A stretch of 28,294 nt of DNA, taken from the NCBI GenBank assembly GCA_050738135.1, contig JBOHYV010000001.1:1-28294 (forward strand), in the 5' to 3' direction. Each line of letters begins with the position of its first letter. Position 1 is the first letter of the stretch. This DNA comes from Rhodanobacteraceae bacterium. GTDB taxonomy: Bacteria > Pseudomonadota > Gammaproteobacteria > Xanthomonadales > Rhodanobacteraceae. Below the pieces are notes generated by a model. The model saw only the letters and a program-made list of their open reading frames with translations, was not told the DNA's origin and made no database searches. Below, in pieces: positions 8,019 to 18,768 of the stretch. The translations under genes were made by a program, and so were the position numbers.

Positions 8019-9308
8019 GTGTCCAACAAGAATGTCACCTTGACCGTCGCCGATCATTCCGTGGCCCTGCCGCTGGTGGAGGGCACCCAAGGGCCGAGTT
8101 GCGTCGACATTTCGCAGCTGTACCGCGAAATCGGGCATTTCACGTTCGACCCCGGGTTCGCTGCCACCGCCGCGTGCAGGAGTGCGATCACCTTCATCGA
8201 CGGCGAAAAGGGCGTGTTGCTCTATCGCGGCTATCCGATCGAGCAACTTGCCGAAAAATCGCGTTTCCTCGAAGTGGCCTACCTGTTGCTGGAGGGCGAG
8301 TTGCCGACCCCGGCGCAGATGCACGCATTCGACGACCAGGTGACCCATCACACGATGATGCACGAGTCCCTGAAGAACTTCCTCAACGGCTTTCACTACG
8401 ATGCGCATCCGATGGCGATGCTGGCGGCATCGGTCGCGTCGTTGTCGGCTTTCTATCATGATGCGGCCGACCCGGAAGATCCCGCCCAGCGCAAGCTGGC
8501 GGCGGTGCGGCTGATTGCCAAGATGCCAACCCTCGCGTCAGCCGCATACCGCTATTCGATCGGCTGGCCGATCCGTTATCCGCGCAACAACCTCGAGTAC
8601 GTCGACCGCTTTCTGCACATGATGTTCGAGGTGCCGAGCGAGCCGCTGAAGATGAGTCCGGTCGTGGCCAAGGCGCTCGACCTGCTGTTTATCCTGCACG
8701 CCGATCACGAGCAAAATGCCAGCACCTCAACGGTGCGGCTGGTGGGTTCCACCGGCGCCAATCTGTACGCATCGGTGGCCGCCGGAATCACCGCGCTCTG
8801 GGGCCCCGCCCACGGCGGCGCCAACGAGGCGGTGCTGAAGATGCTGACCGAAATCGGCGATGCCAAAAATGTCGGCAAAGCGATCGCGCGCGCCAAGGAC
8901 AAGGATTCGGGTTTCCGCTTGATGGGTTTCGGCCATCGCGTGTACAAGAATTTCGACCCGCGCGCCAGGATCATCCGTGAGATGGCGCATCGGGTGCTGG
9001 AAGAGCTCGGCGTCAACGACCCGTTGCTCGACATTGCGCTGAAGCTGGAAGAGGCCGCGCTCAAGGACGACTACTTCATCTCGCACAAGCTGTATCCGAA
9101 CGTGGATTTCTATTCGGGCATCATCTACAAGGCGCTCAAGATCCCGACCAACATGTTCACGGTGATGTTCGCGATTGCGCGCACCGCCGGTTGGGTCGCC
9201 CAGTGGGTCGAACAGCATGAGATGCCCGGCGGCCGGATCGGGCGGCCGCGCCAAGTGTATGTCGGCGCCACCCCGCGCGATTACACGACGATCGACGAGC
9301 GCTCGTGA
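8019..9308 (+). CDS. gltA: Citrate synthase (type II)
   Basis: [41 protein letters not shown] and YPNVDFYSG motifs; GTG start with an AGGAGG SD. Confidence 0.97.
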   Translation: MSNKNVTLTVADHSVALPLVEGTQGPSCVDISQLYREIGHFTFDPGFAATAACRSAITFIDGEKGVLLYRGYPIEQLAEKSRFLEVAYLLLEGELPTPAQMHAFDDQVTHHTMMHESLKNFLNGFHYDAHPMAMLAASVASLSAFYHDAADPEDPAQRKLAAVRLIAKMPTLASAAYRYSIGWPIRYPRNNLEYVDRFLHMMFEVPSEPLKMSPVVAKALDLLFILHADHEQNASTSTVRLVGSTGANLYASVAAGITALWGPAHGGANEAVLKMLTEIGDAKNVGKAIARAKDKDSGFRLMGFGHRVYKNFDPRARIIREMAHRVLEELGVNDPLLDIALKLEEAALKDDYFISHKLYPNVDFYSGIIYKALKIPTNMFTVMFAIARTAGWVAQWVEQHEMPGGRIGRPRQVYVGATPRDYTTIDERS

Positions 9309-9388
9309 ACCCTGAGAAGTCGCCGCTTCGCGAGCTGTAAAGTCGCGCTGTCGGCGCTGCAAAGGGCAAAGGAAATCGCGGATCCGGT

Positions 9389-10093
9389 TTAGTCTTGACT
9401 CTTGGCAGGGTGCGCAGCGGCCGACTTTACTCTTTCGTCTCTTCGCCCGTCTTCCGCTTCACCGCCTTCTGCCAGCAATTCTTCCAGTGCGGCCAGTGAC
9501 GCACGCTGCTGAGGGCGTTCGTCGATCGGGTCGATCGGCGCCTGGCGAAGGGCGTCGCGTGGGAATACCGTGACGTCCACCGCGACATTGCCGGCGTGAA
9601 ACAGCAACATCGGAAACTCGGCACTGCGTTGGCGATCCAGCCTGAGTGTGCGGGCCCGCATGTCGAAGGCGATGCCGTGCTCGCGCAGGAATCCGACCAC
9701 GTCTTCCGGGACATCGTCGAACACGTGCAACCTCACCGGTGAATGGGTGTCGGCGGTGCCCTCCAGTACCGCGCCGACCAAACGCGGTTCGAAGCGCTCG
9801 AGGAAGCGCATCGCGTCGCGTGCGGCTTCGCGCCGCTTGCGCAGCGCACGCGGCTGTTCGTCGGCACGAAACAGGCGCTGGTGCTCGCGCAGCGCTTCCT
9901 CGATTTCGCGATTGCGCGGAAGGAAGCCTTCATCATCGACGCCGATGCGCTGTGCGGCCTTGCGTTTGGCCATCCTGAAATCCCGGATGCCATGCTCGGA
10001 GATCAGCCGCGCGGCTTCGAGTGCGATGCGCCGGCGCAGCTGGTGGCTGCGGCCTTCGGCATGAATGCGATGGTATCCGGCGGTCTTGTGCAT
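9389..10093 (-). CDS. Conserved hypothetical protein with a nucleotidyltransferase-like fold and degenerate catalytic motif
   Basis: Helical N-terminus (IALEAARLISEHGIRDFRMAKRKAA, LPRNREIEEAL) followed by RLVGAVLEGTADTHSPVRLHVF, which resembles the Pol-beta NTase signature. Start is placed at ATG 10093 because the longer ORF runs through intergenic repeats. Confidence 0.75.
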   Translation of the reverse strand: MHKTAGYHRIHAEGRSHQLRRRIALEAARLISEHGIRDFRMAKRKAAQRIGVDDEGFLPRNREIEEALREHQRLFRADEQPRALRKRREAARDAMRFLERFEPRLVGAVLEGTADTHSPVRLHVFDDVPEDVVGFLREHGIAFDMRARTLRLDRQRSAEFPMLLFHAGNVAVDVTVFPRDALRQAPIDPIDERPQQRASLAALEELLAEGGEAEDGRRDERVKSAAAHPAKSQD

Positions 10094-10166
10094 GTCGAAA
10101 ACGTCGGTAGCCGCGTTGCGGCCAGTGTCGCAAAAAGCGGGCACAAAAAGCAAAGGCTTGCTTGTC

Positions 10167-10287
10167 TTCCCCCTTCCAAGGGAAGGGGGATCGAGGGGGA
10201 TGGCTTTTCGGCGTGCGTTGGGGCGCATATCACGTGACGACATCCCCCCGCGCCTGCGGCGCGACCCCCTTCCTCCGGAAGGGGTGA
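10167..10287. repeat. Inverted pair of C/G-run REP-like palindromes (REPIN-like doublet)
   Basis: TTCCCCCTTCCAAGGGAAGGGGGATCGAGGGGGATGGC (10167-10204) and CATCCCCCCGCGCCTGCGGCGCGACCCCCTTCCTCCGGAAGGGGTGA (10241-10287). Related copies occur at 19823-19923 and 26105-26149. Confidence 0.8.
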
Positions 10288-10301
10288 GACCTTCATGCTC
10301 T

Positions 10302-10343
10302 TCCCGAGTCCCGAGTCCCGAATCCCGAGTCCCGAGTCCCGAG
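10302..10343. repeat. Heptamer tandem repeat (TCCCGAG)x6, one unit TCCCGAA
   Basis: Read directly: six consecutive 7-nt units just downstream of the mrcA stop codon. Confidence 0.92.
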
Positions 10344-10352
10344 TTCCTGCTC

Positions 10353-12875
10353 TCAAAAAATATCGTACGCCGGCGCCTTGTTCTGCTGCGCCTTCGCCTG
10401 GGCACGCAAGCGGTCGAGATCCTGGATCGTGAACATCTCGCTCATGGTGTCGGTATCGCCTGGTGGCGCCGGCAAGCCGGTGGCACGATCGATGGTCGCG
10501 GTGACGATGCCCGGCGGCATGGGAAGGCTGTTTTCGGGCTCGCCCTGCAATGCGGGTTCCATGAATGCCATCCAGATGGGCAGTGCGGTTTCGGCGCCGA
10601 ACTCCCGGTGACCGAGCGATTTGAAATCATCGAAACCGACCCATACGGTGGTCACCAGGTCGCCGTTGAATCCACAGAACCAGCCATCGTGCCAGTCATT
10701 GGAGCTGCCTGTCTTGCCGGCCAGGTCAGTGCGCCCGAGTTGCTTGGCAGCGAAGCCGGTGCCGCGCTTGATCACGCTGTGCATCATCGAAGTCATCAGG
10801 AAGTCGTTGCGGGGATCGATCACGCGCGGCGCCAGCAGCGGCTTGTTCGATTCGCCCCGAGTCAATGCGTTGGCCGTGTCGGCGAGGGCGCCGGGATCGC
10901 CCGCGGCGCTGGCGGGTTGGGCGGGCGCGGCGGTGGTCTTGCCTTCGTCCAGCAGCCGCGCTTCGCAGGTGCGGCAGGCATGCAATGGATCGGCTTTGTA
11001 GACGGCCTTGCCGTCGCGGTTGTCGATCTCGGCGACGTAGTAAGGCGTAATCAGGAAACCGCCGTTGGCGAACACGGCGTAGGCGCGTGCCATGGCCATG
11101 GGCGACACCGAGGCGGTGCCCAGCGCCATCGTCAGGTTGTCCGGGATGGCATCCAGCGGGAATCCGAAGCGGGTGGCGTATTGGCGTGCGTAGCGCACGC
11201 CGATGGCATCCAGCAGCCTGATCGCAACCAGATTCACCGATTGCGCGAGGGCCTCGCGCAGGCGCATCGGGCCACGAAACTTGTCGTCGTCGTTCTGCGG
11301 GGTCCACAAGCCGCCCGGCGTGGACGGATCCGGCAGCACGATCGGTGCGTCATTGATGATCGAGGCCGGCGTGTAACCGCGATCGAAGGCAGCGGAGTAG
11401 ATGAAGGGCTTGAAACTTGAACCCGGCTGGCGCGCGGCCTGCACCGCGCGATTGAATTTGCTCAACTGGAAGTTGAAGCCGCCGATCAGTGCTTGCACCG
11501 CCCCGTCATCCGGTGACAGCACCACCATGGCCGCCTGGGCAGCGGGGATCTGTTCCAGTTCCCAGTGACGCGCGTCGCCACCCTTGGCCTTCGAAGGCCT
11601 GGCCGGTGCTGCGGATTTTGCGTCGGCGTCGAGTACCTCGCGCACCCGGATGACATCGCCGGGTTGCAGGATCGAGGCCGCGCCCTTGCGACCGGTTTTT
11701 GCCTTGCGCGCGTAGCCGAGCGCCCATTTCATGTCGGTGGCGGAGAGCGTGGCGGTTTGGCCACCCTGCACGTACACGTGCGCCGCTTCCGCATCGACGC
11801 TTGTGACGATGCCGGGCAGCAATCCGCTGGTGTCGTCGTAGTTTGAAAGCGACTGTTCCAGGGCCGCGCCGGTGGCGGGTTGCGGAAGCTCCACGTGCGC
11901 TTCCGGCCCGCGGTAGCCGTGGCGGTGGTCGTAATCCTCGAGCCGGCTGCGCAGCGCGTGGTTGGCGAGTGTCTGCAGATGGCTGTTGATCGTGGTGCGA
12001 ATCACGTAACCGTCCGTTTCCGCCTGGTTGCCGAGCTTTTGCAGGGCTTGCTTGTGCACCATGGCCGCGAGGTACGGCGCAACGACCTGGACAGGGGGTT
12101 CGTGCGGCGACGCGTCATCGGGCGCCGCGATGGCCTGCTGGTATTCGGCACGGTCGATGAAATGGTGCGACAACATCTGCCCCAGCACCCAGTTCCGGCG
12201 CGCGATCAGGCGCTGCCTGTGGTCGATCGGGTTGACCGCCGACGGCAATTGGAAGCTCGAGGCGATCGCCGCGCATTCGGCCAGCGTCAATTGGCCGATC
12301 TTCTTCCCGTAGTAGTAACGTGCCGCGGCGGCCACGCCGTAGGAACGGTGGCCGAGGAACATCTTGTTGAGGTACAACTGCAGGATCTGGTCCTTGGTCA
12401 GCTCGTGCTCGATGCGGAACGCGGTGAGGATTTCGGTGATCTTGCGGGTGTAGGTTTTCTGCGGACTCAGAAAGAACTTGCGCGCCACCTGTTGGGTGAT
12501 GGTCGATGCGCCCTGGACCTTCGCGCCGTGGTGCAATGCGACTGCAATCGCAGCCCGGAAAATCGACGTTACGTCGATCGCCGAGTGGTGGTAGAAATTG
12601 GCGTCTTCCGCAGCCAGCACTGCGTTCTTGAGGTTGTTCGGCACGTTCTGGATCTGCACGGGATCGCGGCGTGCTTCACCGAACTCGGCGATCAGCTTGC
12701 CGTCGGCGGAGAGGATGCGCAGCGGCACCTGCATCTGCACGTTCTTCAGCGAGGCGACCGAGGGCACCCTGGGTTCGAACAGCCAGTAGGTGATGCCGCC
12801 CGCGATGACCCCGAGCACGATCAGGCATGCAAGGCCGATCAACCCGATCAGGGCCAGTCGTTTGAAGAGTCTCAT
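10353..12875 (-). CDS. mrcA: Penicillin-binding protein 1A (class A PBP)
   Basis: N-terminal TM helix; transglycosylase motifs EDANFYHH, GASTITQQ and RKITE; ODD/OB insert; transpeptidase motifs SSFK, SVN and KTG. Divergent from pilM. Confidence 0.96.
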   Translation of the reverse strand: MRLFKRLALIGLIGLACLIVLGVIAGGITYWLFEPRVPSVASLKNVQMQVPLRILSADGKLIAEFGEARRDPVQIQNVPNNLKNAVLAAEDANFYHHSAIDVTSIFRAAIAVALHHGAKVQGASTITQQVARKFFLSPQKTYTRKITEILTAFRIEHELTKDQILQLYLNKMFLGHRSYGVAAAARYYYGKKIGQLTLAECAAIASSFQLPSAVNPIDHRQRLIARRNWVLGQMLSHHFIDRAEYQQAIAAPDDASPHEPPVQVVAPYLAAMVHKQALQKLGNQAETDGYVIRTTINSHLQTLANHALRSRLEDYDHRHGYRGPEAHVELPQPATGAALEQSLSNYDDTSGLLPGIVTSVDAEAAHVYVQGGQTATLSATDMKWALGYARKAKTGRKGAASILQPGDVIRVREVLDADAKSAAPARPSKAKGGDARHWELEQIPAAQAAMVVLSPDDGAVQALIGGFNFQLSKFNRAVQAARQPGSSFKPFIYSAAFDRGYTPASIINDAPIVLPDPSTPGGLWTPQNDDDKFRGPMRLREALAQSVNLVAIRLLDAIGVRYARQYATRFGFPLDAIPDNLTMALGTASVSPMAMARAYAVFANGGFLITPYYVAEIDNRDGKAVYKADPLHACRTCEARLLDEGKTTAAPAQPASAAGDPGALADTANALTRGESNKPLLAPRVIDPRNDFLMTSMMHSVIKRGTGFAAKQLGRTDLAGKTGSSNDWHDGWFCGFNGDLVTTVWVGFDDFKSLGHREFGAETALPIWMAFMEPALQGEPENSLPMPPGIVTATIDRATGLPAPPGDTDTMSEMFTIQDLDRLRAQAKAQQNKAPAYDIF

Positions 12876-13220
12876 GCGGGTTCCGGGTCGGACACGAAAT
12901 CAGGGGCGGACGATGCGCGGGCGTCGCGCGCGGCGGCGTTTGAATGCAACGGGTTTCAAAGTATAGATGCTCGTTTCGGATGCAGGTTCCGCCGACCGGC
13001 GGAAGGCGCTTTCGTGCGTGGCGCCGACCACGCGCGCGTCACCGGTGGGCGCGCGAGCGTCATGTGTCAACTCGCCTCGCCAAGGTGCAGCGTGGACGGG
13101 CCAAAGTTCCAGACGAGGAAGAGAGCTTGCGGATTTGTGACGCACGTCTGACAGAATTTGTTACGGAACGAGCATCATCTCAAGCTGAAAGTGCCTTAAC
13201 ATCATGGGCTTGTGAGCACT

Positions 13221-13249
13221 TTGCAAGGTTATTGATATTCCGTTAACTT
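13221..13249 (+). promoter_or_regulatory. Putative sigma70 promoter of pilMNOPQ (TTGCAA-17-TAACTT)
   Basis: Lies in the AT-rich mrcA-pilM intergenic patch. An overlapping alternative, TTGATA-17-TCTAAT, spans 13232-13260. Confidence 0.45.
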
Positions 13250-13259
13250 TCGTATCTAA

Positions 13260-14368
<1,109 letters not shown>

Positions 14369-14369
<1 letters not shown>

Positions 14370-15163
14370 TGGCCAGGATCAACCTATTGCCATGGCGCGC
14401 GGAGCGGCGCGAACGCCGCAAGCGCGAATTCTTCAGTCATCTGGTCATCGCGGCGGTCGCTGCGATCGTGCTGGTGCTGCTGTGGGGCTTCTGGGTGAGC
14501 CTGCGCATCAACAACCAGAACAGCCGCAACGCCTACCTCAAGAGCCAGATCCAGCAACTCGACGTCAAGATCACCGAAATCAAGAATTTGCAAAAGGTCA
14601 AGGACCAGCTGCTTTCACGCAAGCAGATCGTGGAAAAACTGCAATCCAGCCGTTCCCAGATGGTGCACCTGTTCGATCAGGTCGTGAAAACCATCCCCGC
14701 CGGCGCGCGCCTGACCGAATTGAAGCAGCAGGGCGACAAGCTCACCCTTGACGGCGTCGCGCAGTCCAACGCGACGGTTGCGCAATACATGAAAAACATC
14801 GAGGCGTCACCATGGATGGGGCCGGCGCAGCTGGTCAAGACCGAGAATGTCCACGCCGATTCCAATACCCCGTACGAATTCGAGCTGGTGGTGACGCTGG
14901 GTACGCCGAAGGCCGACGCTAAAGGCGCCCCAGCCTCCGGTTCCACGGCTGCCGCGCCCGCCGCAGTGAGCGGCCCGGAGGTGGCTGCCGCCGCGCCGGA
15001 CGCAGCGACCGCGGTCGCTGCGTCGCCTGTTTCCGCGCCGGCCGGGAGCGCAGCGAAGTCCGCGGCAACGACTTCGAAGGCGCCCACTGCCGCGCCCGAC
15101 CCAAAGCCGATGACAGCGAAGGCCCCTGATGCGTCCACGGCCAGGGGAGGGGTGAATCCATGA
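14369..15163 (+). CDS. pilN: Type IV pilus assembly protein PilN (with Ala/Pro-rich C-terminal tail)
   Basis: INLLPWR N-terminal PilM-binding motif, TM helix and coiled coil; start overlaps the pilM stop. Confidence 0.95.
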
Positions 15164-15819
15164 AATTTTTGGACGAACTGCGCAACCTCGACCGCAACAA
15201 TGTCGGTGGATGGCCAAAATCGATCAAGGGTTTTTTCATCGCCATCGTGGTCATCGTGATCCTGTTGCTCGGCTGGTACTTCTACATCAGCAATCAGCAG
15301 GAAAGTCTGACCTCCGGCCAGCAGCAGGAGGTCCAGCTCAAGCATGAGTTCGAGACCAAGCAGGCCAAGGTGGTGAACCTTGACGCGCTGAAGGCGCAGC
15401 TTGCGCAGATGAACGAGATGCTGAGCCAGATGTTGCGTGAGCTGCCGAGCAAAACCGAGATGCCCGCACTGCTGGTCAACATTTCGCAGACCGCCCAGGC
15501 CGCAGGCATCGACCCGGAACTGTTCAAACCCGCGCCCGAGGTTCCGGAACAGTTCTACGCGGTCAAGCCGATCTCGATCAAGATGGAAGGCACCTATCAC
15601 CAGTTCGGTACATTCATCAGCGGCGTGGCGTCGCTGCCGCGCGTGGTGATCCTCACCATGCACAACGTTTCCTTGAAGCCCGCCCAAACCAGTGGCGGCA
15701 AGGACTCGCCGCCGCTCGGCGACAAGCTGGTGCTGCAGGGCACGGTGCAGACCTATCGCTACCTCGGTGATGAAGAGTCGAAGGGCGACAAGCCAGCGGC
15801 CAAGAAGGGAGGGAAGTGA
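15160..15819 (+). CDS. pilO: Type IV pilus assembly protein PilO
   Basis: LD..N.GGWP, TM helix, LPSKTEMPALL and GTYHQFGTFISGVASLPRVV motifs; ATGA overlap with pilN. Confidence 0.95.
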   Translation: MKFLDELRNLDRNNVGGWPKSIKGFFIAIVVIVILLLGWYFYISNQQESLTSGQQQEVQLKHEFETKQAKVVNLDALKAQLAQMNEMLSQMLRELPSKTEMPALLVNISQTAQAAGIDPELFKPAPEVPEQFYAVKPISIKMEGTYHQFGTFISGVASLPRVVILTMHNVSLKPAQTSGGKDSPPLGDKLVLQGTVQTYRYLGDEESKGDKPAAKKGGK

Positions 15820-15821
15820 CC

Positions 15822-16340
15822 ATGCGACCCACCCGAATTGCCGTTGTCGTCGCGACGTTTGCCGTGACGCTGGGGCTGACGGCTTGCAGCGGCCAGGGCG
15901 ATCTGCACAGCTGGGTTGGGCAGATCGAGGCGCGCAAGGGCGCGCCGCTGCCCGCATTGCCGGTCGTCAAGACATTTGAAACCTACCTGTACCAGGATCA
16001 GGACCAGCGCGACCCGTTCGAGCCGGCGCCGCCACAGGCCGGTGTGCAGAATACCGCGGGACCGCACCCGGACCAGAATCGTCCGCGCGGGCCCTTGGAA
16101 GCTTTTCCGCTGGACAGCCTGAAGATGGTCGGAACGATCGGTGCAAAAGGTTCCATCGAGGCCTTGGTCAAGGATCCCCAGGGCGTGATCCACCAGGTTC
16201 ACGTCGGCGATTACATGGGTCAGAACTACGGGCATGTCACCCAGGTGACTCCAAGCGAGGTGGACCTGGTCGAGCTGATACCGAACGGATCGGGTGGCTG
16301 GATGGAGCGCGACGCGAGCGTCGCACTGGGCGAAAAATGA
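15822..16340 (+). CDS. pilP: Type IV pilus lipoprotein PilP
   Basis: Lipobox LTAC, RDPF, LEAFPLDSLKMVGT and GDYMGQNYG motifs. ATG 15822 is 9 nt after a GGAGG SD; GTG 15816 is an alternative start. Confidence 0.94.
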   Translation: MRPTRIAVVVATFAVTLGLTACSGQGDLHSWVGQIEARKGAPLPALPVVKTFETYLYQDQDQRDPFEPAPPQAGVQNTAGPHPDQNRPRGPLEAFPLDSLKMVGTIGAKGSIEALVKDPQGVIHQVHVGDYMGQNYGHVTQVTPSEVDLVELIPNGSGGWMERDASVALGEK

Positions 16341-16362
16341 CGATTGATCGGGGGTTACGTTC

Positions 16363-18657
16363 ATGATGACCAAACCTGTTCACTACCTCGGTCGCTCCAG
16401 CGACGGCCCCGTCCGATGCGGACGCGGCCGGGTGGGGTTGCTGGCGATGCTGTTCCTGCTGGTGGCGGGACCGGCCGCGGCGGCCACTACCTTGCAGAGC
16501 GTCAGTGCATCGCCGCTGCCCGGTGGCAAGGTCCAGGTAACCCTGACCTTCTCCGGTCAGGTGGCCGAGCCGCAGTCGTTCAGTACCAACACGCCGCCCC
16601 GGATCGCGCTCGATTTCGCGGACACCAGCAACGGGCTTGCAAAGCGCCACTATCCGATCAATCAGGGCACCGCGCAGGCAGTCAGCGCGGTTGAAGCGAA
16701 TGGCCGCACACGCGTGGTCGTGGCATTGACGCAACCCTCTCCGTACGTGACCCGCGTCGAGGGCAATCGGGTCGTCGTGACGATCGGTGACGGCATGGCC
16801 GCCGCGACGGCTGCCGCCCCGCCTGCGGCTGCGCAAGCTGCGCCCGCACTGGCGGCGGTGCCCCCGACACCGCCGTCGGAGCGGGCGGTTGCGGTGGCTG
16901 CCGCAAATCCGGACAAGGCCGCCGGAATGGCCGACGGCAATGTCATCACGGCGGTCGATTTCCAGCGTGGCGGGCACGGTGCCGGCAAACTGGTGGTCGA
17001 TTTCAGCCAGGCGGGCGCCGCGACCAGCATGCACGCCAACGGCGATACCACGACCATCGATGTCGCGGGCGCCAACCTGGCGGCCTCGCAGGCGCGCCGT
17101 CTCGACGTGTCCAGCTATGCCACGCCGGTGCGCAGCGTCAACACCCACGCCGTTCCGGGGGGTGCGCGGATCAACGTTGACACGCGGGGCGTGGTGCAGA
17201 CCTCGGCGTATCAAACCGGCAATGAATACGTGGTCGAATTCTCGCGCCCGACCTCGAGCGAACACAGTGCGCTGGGTGCGCCCAAGCCGGTCGTGTACAA
17301 GGGCGGGCGTGTGACCTTCAATTTCCAGGACATCCCGGTACGCTCGGTGTTGCAGCTGCTGGCCGACGTGTCCAAGCTCAATATCGTGGCGTCCGACAGC
17401 GTGCAGGGCGACGTGACGTTGCGCCTGGACAGCGTGCCTTGGGATCAGGCGCTGGACGTGATTCTGCGCGCCAAGGGCTTGGCCAAGCGCCAGAACGGCA
17501 ACGTGATCTGGGTCGCACCGCAAACCGAGATCGCCCAATACGAGCAAAACATCGCCACCGCGCGCGAGAAGCAGCTGACCAGCGCGCAACTGGTCACCGA
17601 TTACATCCACATCAACTACGGCAACGCCAAGCAGATTGCCAATCTGCTCACCACCAGCGCCAAGGCCAGCAACGTGGGTGGTGGCGGCGGTGGCGAGGGC
17701 AACAATGATCGCGGGTTCCTGTCGCCGCGCGGCAGCGTGACCTACGACGAGCGCACCAATACGCTGTTGATCAACGACACCCCCGAAAAGGTGCAGGAAA
17801 TCCGGCAACTGGTGTCGGTGCTGGATCGGCCGGTCAAGCAGGTGTTGATCGAATCGCGGCTGGTGGTCGCGACCGACACCTTCACGCGTGAACTCGGCGC
17901 CAGCCTCGGCGTCGGCATGTTCCACGTCAATCCAAGCGGTCAGACATTGTTTACCGGGCCGTCCGCCGCCAGCATCACCACGGCCGCGGGCCAAGGTTCT
18001 TCCGCGACCGGAGGGGGCGTCAGCATCCCGCAGGGCCTCAACGTTGACCTGCCGGCGACCACCGCGGCCATCCAGGACAGCGGCTTCGCGGTCGGGATCC
18101 TGGGCAGTGACTACATGTTGAACCTGGAGCTGACCGCGGCGCAAGAGGAAGGCCGCAGCGAAACGATTTCGCAGCCAAGGGTGGTGACCGCCAACAACCA
18201 GGAAGCCTCGATCCAGCAGGGCGATCAGATCGGTTATCTCACCTTCCAGAACTCGGGCAACGGCGGCGGCGCCGGCACCGCCACGGTGCAGTTCAAGAAC
18301 GCGGTGCTGGAGCTTGACGTCACCCCGACCATCACCTCCGACAACCGCGTGTTCATGAAGCTCAAGGTCATCAAGGATGCGATCACCAAACTGGTCCCGA
18401 ACCCGGGCGGCGGCTTCGTGCCACAGCTTTCCCATCGCGAGATCGACACCTCGGTGCTGGTGAAGAACGGGCAAACGGTGGTGCTGGGTGGCGTGTACGA
18501 GTTCACCAACGAACACGACGCGAAAAAGGTGCCGTTCCTCGGCGACATCCCGATCCTTGGCGCCCTGTTCCGCGACAAGGAGGATATCCACAACAAGGCG
18601 GAGTTGCTGGTGTTCATCACGCCGCACATCCTGGGGCAGGAAACGACGGTGGACTGA
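16363..18657 (+). CDS. pilQ: Type IV pilus secretin PilQ
   Basis: Signal peptide, two AMIN-like domains (PPRIALDF; VDFQRG), N0 domain (FNFQDIPVRSVLQLLAD, VPWDQALD) and secretin C-domain (KVPFLGDIPILGALF, ELLVFITP). Confidence 0.96.
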   Translation: MMTKPVHYLGRSSDGPVRCGRGRVGLLAMLFLLVAGPAAAATTLQSVSASPLPGGKVQVTLTFSGQVAEPQSFSTNTPPRIALDFADTSNGLAKRHYPINQGTAQAVSAVEANGRTRVVVALTQPSPYVTRVEGNRVVVTIGDGMAAATAAAPPAAAQAAPALAAVPPTPPSERAVAVAAANPDKAAGMADGNVITAVDFQRGGHGAGKLVVDFSQAGAATSMHANGDTTTIDVAGANLAASQARRLDVSSYATPVRSVNTHAVPGGARINVDTRGVVQTSAYQTGNEYVVEFSRPTSSEHSALGAPKPVVYKGGRVTFNFQDIPVRSVLQLLADVSKLNIVASDSVQGDVTLRLDSVPWDQALDVILRAKGLAKRQNGNVIWVAPQTEIAQYEQNIATAREKQLTSAQLVTDYIHINYGNAKQIANLLTTSAKASNVGGGGGGEGNNDRGFLSPRGSVTYDERTNTLLINDTPEKVQEIRQLVSVLDRPVKQVLIESRLVVATDTFTRELGASLGVGMFHVNPSGQTLFTGPSAASITTAAGQGSSATGGGVSIPQGLNVDLPATTAAIQDSGFAVGILGSDYMLNLELTAAQEEGRSETISQPRVVTANNQEASIQQGDQIGYLTFQNSGNGGGAGTATVQFKNAVLELDVTPTITSDNRVFMKLKVIKDAITKLVPNPGGGFVPQLSHREIDTSVLVKNGQTVVLGGVYEFTNEHDAKKVPFLGDIPILGALFRDKEDIHNKAELLVFITPHILGQETTVD

Positions 18658-18682
18658 CGTTTCCGGTTCGGCGGAAGTGCAG

Positions 18683-18714
18683 GAACGGCGCGGGTGACCG
18701 CGCCGTTCGCTTTT
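18683..18714 (+). terminator. Intrinsic terminator after pilQ
   Basis: 11-bp stem GAACGGCGCGG/CCGCGCCGTTC with a GTGA loop, followed by GCTTTT. Confidence 0.7.
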
Positions 18715-18734
18715 GGCGACGGCAGTGGTTCAGC

Positions 18735-18761
18735 AAACTTTTACCCCTGACTGTGGTCTAC
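18735..18761 (+). promoter_or_regulatory. Putative sigmaE (RpoE/AlgU-type) promoter of the moxR-bat cluster
   Basis: AAACTT (18735-18740), a 16-nt spacer, then TCTAC (18757-18761), close to the GAACTT-N16/17-TCtnA consensus and just downstream of the pilQ terminator. Confidence 0.45.
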
Positions 18762-18768
18762 TGGACAC

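Noticed and set aside
9320..9356. Hairpin between the convergent gltA and NTase-like genes as an intrinsic terminator
   Set aside because: An interrupted stem (CGCGA/TCGCG inside CGCCG/CGGCG) is present, but there is no convincing U-tract, so it is not called.
10094..10405. N-terminal extension of the 338-aa minus-strand ORF
   Set aside because: It translates the heptamer repeat and REP doublet (GLGTRDS repeats) and overlaps the end of mrcA. ATG 10093 is the more plausible start.
12960..12965. mrcA promoter (-10 TATACT on the minus strand)
   Set aside because: The -10 is good, but there is no recognisable -35 or extended -10, so support is insufficient to list it as a feature.
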